From the sequence record DRR723986_7087: a stretch of 20,000 nucleotides of DNA. One strand, written 5' to 3'. The stretch's first letter is position 1; each line of letters opens with the position of its first letter. Of this stretch, positions 16,847-20,000 are shown piece after piece. Both the position numbers and the translations under genes were made by a program. The notes beneath the pieces are model-generated. The model saw nothing but the letters and a program-made list of their open reading frames with translations, ran no database searches and was not told the origin of the DNA.

Positions 16847-17299
16847 TTAGCATTCCGCATGGCAGTGTTTCTGTTTACGGCCACTGCCACAACAGCAGCG
16901 GTCGTTGCGCGCAAGCTTGATAGCTGGCAGTTGATCACCTTCGGTGTAGTACCACCTGCCGTCCATACGAATAAACCGAGAGCGCTCATGCAACTGCGCT
17001 ACGCGCCCCTGCTGACTATAAAATGCCACAAATTCGACGGTCGCCGCGTCCGCCTGTGGGGCTGGCGCAGCCAATATACGCAGGCCTAGCCAGGGCGTGT
17101 CATCGCTAATAAGTGGGTCTTGCGGGCGAAAATCGGGGTGCCAGCTATCGCGAAGGTAGCGATTGTCGCCCACTACGAATGCACAGTAGCGCGAGCGCAT
17201 CAATTGCTCGGCCGTGCTCGCGGTGGCCTGATGAGTGTGATAGCGCTGACAGCAATCCGCGTAGTTGCTATCACTGCCGCAGGGGCACGCCGCGTCCAT
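16847..17299 (-). CDS. ychJ: YchJ family (UPF0225) protein with SEC-C metal-binding motifs
   Basis: N-terminal CPCGS...CC, TAEQLMRSRY.AF, VEFVAFY, HERSRF, WYY..G and a C-terminal RNDRCCCGSGRKQKHCH. Confidence 0.9.
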   Translation of the reverse strand: MDAACPCGSDSNYADCCQRYHTHQATASTAEQLMRSRYCAFVVGDNRYLRDSWHPDFRPQDPLISDDTPWLGLRILAAPAPQADAATVEFVAFYSQQGRVAQLHERSRFIRMDGRWYYTEGDQLPAIKLARNDRCCCGSGRKQKHCHAEC

Positions 17300-17709
17300 C
17301 AGGCCGGTTTTGCAGGAATTAAACTGGGATCAGTGACTTGCCAGTCACTTGGCAGCGCAATGGCGCTGCGCGTCTCGCGATCAAAACCGACAATCACACT
17401 GCTCGAGGTGGTGGCACATTCGCCATTGGCATAGATGTGGTGTTCGATGGTCATGCTTTTGTTGCCAACGTGCGAGCACCAGGTATCGACAACAACCTCG
17501 TGGTCGAAGCGAATTTCACGCAGCATATCCATTTTCACACTCGCCACCACGTTATGAGGCGCTTTGGAGACTTTATCCAACTCGCGAAAAAAATCGATGC
17601 GCGCCAAGTCAAAATATTGCGCGTAGACGCTGTTAGACACGTGGCCGAGAAAGTCTAAGTCGGAAAAGCGCACCTGTATGCAGGTGCGCGTATAGGGAAG
17701 CGAAATCAT
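17299..17709 (-). CDS. Acyl-CoA thioesterase (4HBT/YbgC/FadM hotdog fold)
   Basis: VRFSDLDFLGHVSNSVYAQYFDLAR motif. TGATG overlap with the ychJ start; AAGGA RBS. Confidence 0.88.
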   Translation of the reverse strand: MISLPYTRTCIQVRFSDLDFLGHVSNSVYAQYFDLARIDFFRELDKVSKAPHNVVASVKMDMLREIRFDHEVVVDTWCSHVGNKSMTIEHHIYANGECATTSSSVIVGFDRETRSAIALPSDWQVTDPSLIPAKPA

Positions 17710-17723
17710 GGCAAATCCTTCTG

Positions 17724-17740
17724 GCGCCGCCAGGCGGCGC
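17724..17740. other. GC-rich intergenic hairpin GCGCCGCC-A-GGCGGCGC between nfuA and the thioesterase
   Basis: Perfect 8-bp inverted repeat with no U-tract on either strand. Confidence 0.5.
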
Positions 17741-17759
17741 GGAATGCGGGGAAGAGGAC

Positions 17760-18362
17760 TTATTTAAAGTAGGCGTTATCCGTGTTGCTGTGGTCGGTCA
17801 TATCCCGCACGCCGTTCAATTCGGGCACCTGCTCAACCAGGGTTTTCTCAACCCCCTCTTTGAGGGTGACATCGACCATGCCGCAACCCTGGCAACCGCC
17901 GCCAAATTTCAAAATGGCAATATGGTCTTCGGTAATTTCAACGAGCGACACTTCACCGCCGTGGGCAGCAAGTGAGGGGTTAACCTCGTTGTACAACACA
18001 TAATTGATGCGATCTTCCAGAGGGCTGTCGGCACTGACCTTTGGCAGACGAGCGTTGGGCGCCTTGATCGTTAGCTGACCACCCATGCGATCTTTCGAAT
18101 AGTCGATCAGCGCATCTTCCAAAAATGGCACGCTGCGACCCTCGAAATAGGCCTTGAAACCGCTGTAATCAATGACGATATCGTCATCTTTCGCGTCGTC
18201 ATCGCGACAATAAGCAATGCAGGTTTCCGCCTTTGGCGTGCCCGGTTGCGTAATAAACACACGAACACCGATCACGTCGTCTTGTTTGGAAAGCAGTTCA
18301 GCCAGGTAGCCCTGCGCGGACTCGGTGATGGTTAATTTGACCTCGGCTTGCTCTGTCGTCAT
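17760..18362 (-). CDS. nfuA: Fe-S cluster biogenesis protein NfuA
   Basis: Degenerate A-type N-domain ([37 protein letters not shown]) plus Nfu domain ([30 protein letters not shown]). ATG 18362 has GAGGT upstream. Confidence 0.95.
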   Translation of the reverse strand: MTTEQAEVKLTITESAQGYLAELLSKQDDVIGVRVFITQPGTPKAETCIAYCRDDDAKDDDIVIDYSGFKAYFEGRSVPFLEDALIDYSKDRMGGQLTIKAPNARLPKVSADSPLEDRINYVLYNEVNPSLAAHGGEVSLVEITEDHIAILKFGGGCQGCGMVDVTLKEGVEKTLVEQVPELNGVRDMTDHSNTDNAYFK

Positions 18363-18434
18363 ATGTACCTCGTATGGACTCCGGACGGATCGTAAGCGGC
18401 AGTGAGATGAAATTTCTATGCCAAGCTGACAATC

Positions 18435-18443
18435 TGATAGAAT
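18435..18443 (+). promoter_or_regulatory. Putative extended -10 promoter of metH (TG-A-TAGAAT)
   Basis: TGnTAGAAT, a 5/6 match to TATAAT with the TG extension, about 80 nt upstream of the metH ATG. Confidence 0.5.
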
Positions 18444-18524
18444 TGCGCAGTTTAGCACGAAGGCCATTCCGGCCACAGCCTATGAACGGCTACTTGCCCC
18501 ACGTAAAACAGCATCAGGACCTAC

Positions 18525-20000
18525 ATGACTCACTCTACTGCCCGCGCCGATCTACTAAAAGCTGCCATCAAAGACCGCATACTGGTAATAGATGGGGCCA
18601 TGGGCAGCATGATTCAACAGTACAAACTGGAAGAATCTGCTTACCGAGGCGAACGCTTTGCCGATTACCACAAGGACGTGCGTGGCAATAATGATCTACT
18701 AACACTGACCCAGCCTCAGCTGATTCGCGATATTCATCAGGCGTTTTTGGATGTTGGTGCCGATATCATCGAGACCAATACCTTTAACTCCACCATGGTC
18801 GCGCAGGATGACTATGAACTGGGCGAGATCGCCGAAGAGCTCAATGTTGTAGGCGCCCAGCTTGCCCGAGAGGTGGCTGATGCCGAAACGGCCCGCAACC
18901 CGGATAAACCCCGGTTTGTGGCCGGTGTTATCGGCCCCACCCCGCGGACCGCGTCTATTTCTCCCGATGTAAATGACCCGGGCGCGCGCAATATCAATTT
19001 CGACAAGCTGGTCAGCGACTACTATGCCGCCACCCGAGGCCTGGTGACCGGTGGCGCAGATCTGCTGCTAATCGAGACCATCTTCGACAGCCTGAACGCC
19101 AAGGCCGCTGTATACGCGGTGCTGCAGTATTTTGAAGACCACAATATTGAGCTACCGATCATGATATCGGTAACGTTTCCCGACACCAGTGGGCGCACCC
19201 TTTCCGGCCAAACCCCGACGGCGTTCTGGAATAGTATTGCCCACGCCAAGCCGCTGATCGTTGGCACCAACTGTGGCCGCCGATTCAGCGAAATTCGCCC
19301 CTTTGTTGAAGAGCTCGCCGACGCGGCAGACTGCTATTTTAGCGGCCACTTTAATGCTGGCTTGCCTAATGAATTCGGCGAGTACGACGAAACCCCTGAT
19401 GATATGCACGGCGAGCTGCGCGAATTTGCACAGCGCGGCTACCTGAATCTAGTGGGCGGTTGCTGCGGCACGACCCCAGCCCATATCGAAGCAATCGCAC
19501 GCGCCGTGGAAGGTGTCGCTCCCCGCGCATTGCCAGAGCGAGCGCCCGCATGTCGCCTATCTGGCCTGGAGCCCTTCAACATCACCGCCGACAGCCTGTT
19601 CGTCAACGTCGGTGAACGCTGCAATGTAACGGGTTCGGCGATCTTCAAGCGGCTGATTTTGGAAGGTAATTACGACGAAGCGCTATCTGTTGCTCGCCAG
19701 CAAGTGGAAAATGGCGCGCAGATCATCGACATCAATATGGATGAAGGCATGCTCGACGCCCAGTCGGCAATGGTGACCTTCCTCAACTTGATTGCCTCTG
19801 AACCCGATATCTCGCGCGTGCCCATCATGGTGGACTCGTCTAAGTGGGAGATTATCGAGGCTGGCCTGAAGTGCATTCAGGGAAAACCCGTGGTCAATTC
19901 GATTTCACTAAAAGAAGGTGAAGAGGAATTTCGCGATCGCGCTCGCCAGTGCATGAAGTTTGGCGCCGCCGTGGTGGTGATGGCCTTTGACGAAGACGGC
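18525..20000 (+). CDS. metH: Cobalamin-dependent methionine synthase, N-terminal 492 codons (runs off the window)
   Basis: Not in the ORF track. Manual translation from ATG 18525 (AGGA upstream): [100 protein letters not shown]. Confidence 0.97.
   Translation, partial: MTHSTARADLLKAAIKDRILVIDGAMGSMIQQYKLEESAYRGERFADYHKDVRGNNDLLTLTQPQLIRDIHQAFLDVGADIIETNTFNSTMVAQDDYELGEIAEELNVVGAQLAREVADAETARNPDKPRFVAGVIGPTPRTASISPDVNDPGARNINFDKLVSDYYAATRGLVTGGADLLLIETIFDSLNAKAAVYAVLQYFEDHNIELPIMISVTFPDTSGRTLSGQTPTAFWNSIAHAKPLIVGTNCGRRFSEIRPFVEELADAADCYFSGHFNAGLPNEFGEYDETPDDMHGELREFAQRGYLNLVGGCCGTTPAHIEAIARAVEGVAPRALPERAPACRLSGLEPFNITADSLFVNVGERCNVTGSAIFKRLILEGNYDEALSVARQQVENGAQIIDINMDEGMLDAQSAMVTFLNLIASEPDISRVPIMVDSSKWEIIEAGLKCIQGKPVVNSISLKEGEEEFRDRARQCMKFGAAVVVMAFDEDG

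Noticed and set aside
297..18476. Longer track starts for gloB (297), SBP (4734), phosphatase (9643), LMW-PTP (11760) and nfuA (18476)
   Set aside because: The extensions overlap upstream genes or promoters. The downstream ATGs have an RBS, coupling overlaps or family-typical N-termini.
18444..18524. Riboswitch (cobalamin/SAM/SAH) or MetR box in the metH leader
   Set aside because: The leader is only about 75 nt, with two 4-bp hairpins and no recognisable aptamer consensus. No TGAA-N5-TTCA site was found upstream. An Rfam scan would be decisive.
98..19876. Numerous 60-180 aa alternative-frame or antisense ORFs in the track (e.g. 98-391, 5157-5678, 14158-14712, 15874-16347, 18374-18691, and all ORFs within 18812-19876)
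   Set aside because: They overlap well-supported genes (including yafS-like and metH, which the track omits), show no motifs, and are expected shadows in GC-rich coding DNA.
1..20000. Mobile element, prophage, CRISPR array, tRNA/rRNA or defence island
   Set aside because: No transposase, integrase or phage proteins, no spaced repeats, no intergenic room for structural RNAs, and no evident compositional shift.

Overview
A gene-dense, compositionally uniform (roughly mid-to-high 50s % GC by eye) core-genome window from a gammaproteobacterium. The gene content is Pseudomonas/Cellvibrionales-like; the taxonomy is inference only. Left to right: a partial YafS-like methyltransferase (-); gloB-mltD followed by a five-gene peptide ABC importer with Yej/Npp-type permeases in an unusual order (permease, permease, binding protein, two separate Cys-motif ATPases); then an AraC regulator, MptpB/LipA-type phosphatase, rlmG, low-MW phosphatase and a putative F420-type LLM oxidoreductase (all +). 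These converge on rlmD and a small secreted hypothetical protein (-). Next come an aroF-type DAHP synthase (+) with two tandem terminators, a nfuA-thioesterase-ychJ-EEP hydrolase unit (-), and the 5' part of metH (+, missing from the ORF track). No tRNA/rRNA, CRISPR, IS, prophage or defence genes were seen, and I cannot support a clearly novel system. The best leads are (i) a MetH homocysteine-binding domain with clustered substitutions in normally conserved loops, (ii) the hybrid Yej-permease/OppDF-ATPase importer behind mltD, (iii) a GntR/FadR-like palindrome over the gloB-mltD promoter and (iv) an orphan terminator suggesting an sRNA after aroF.
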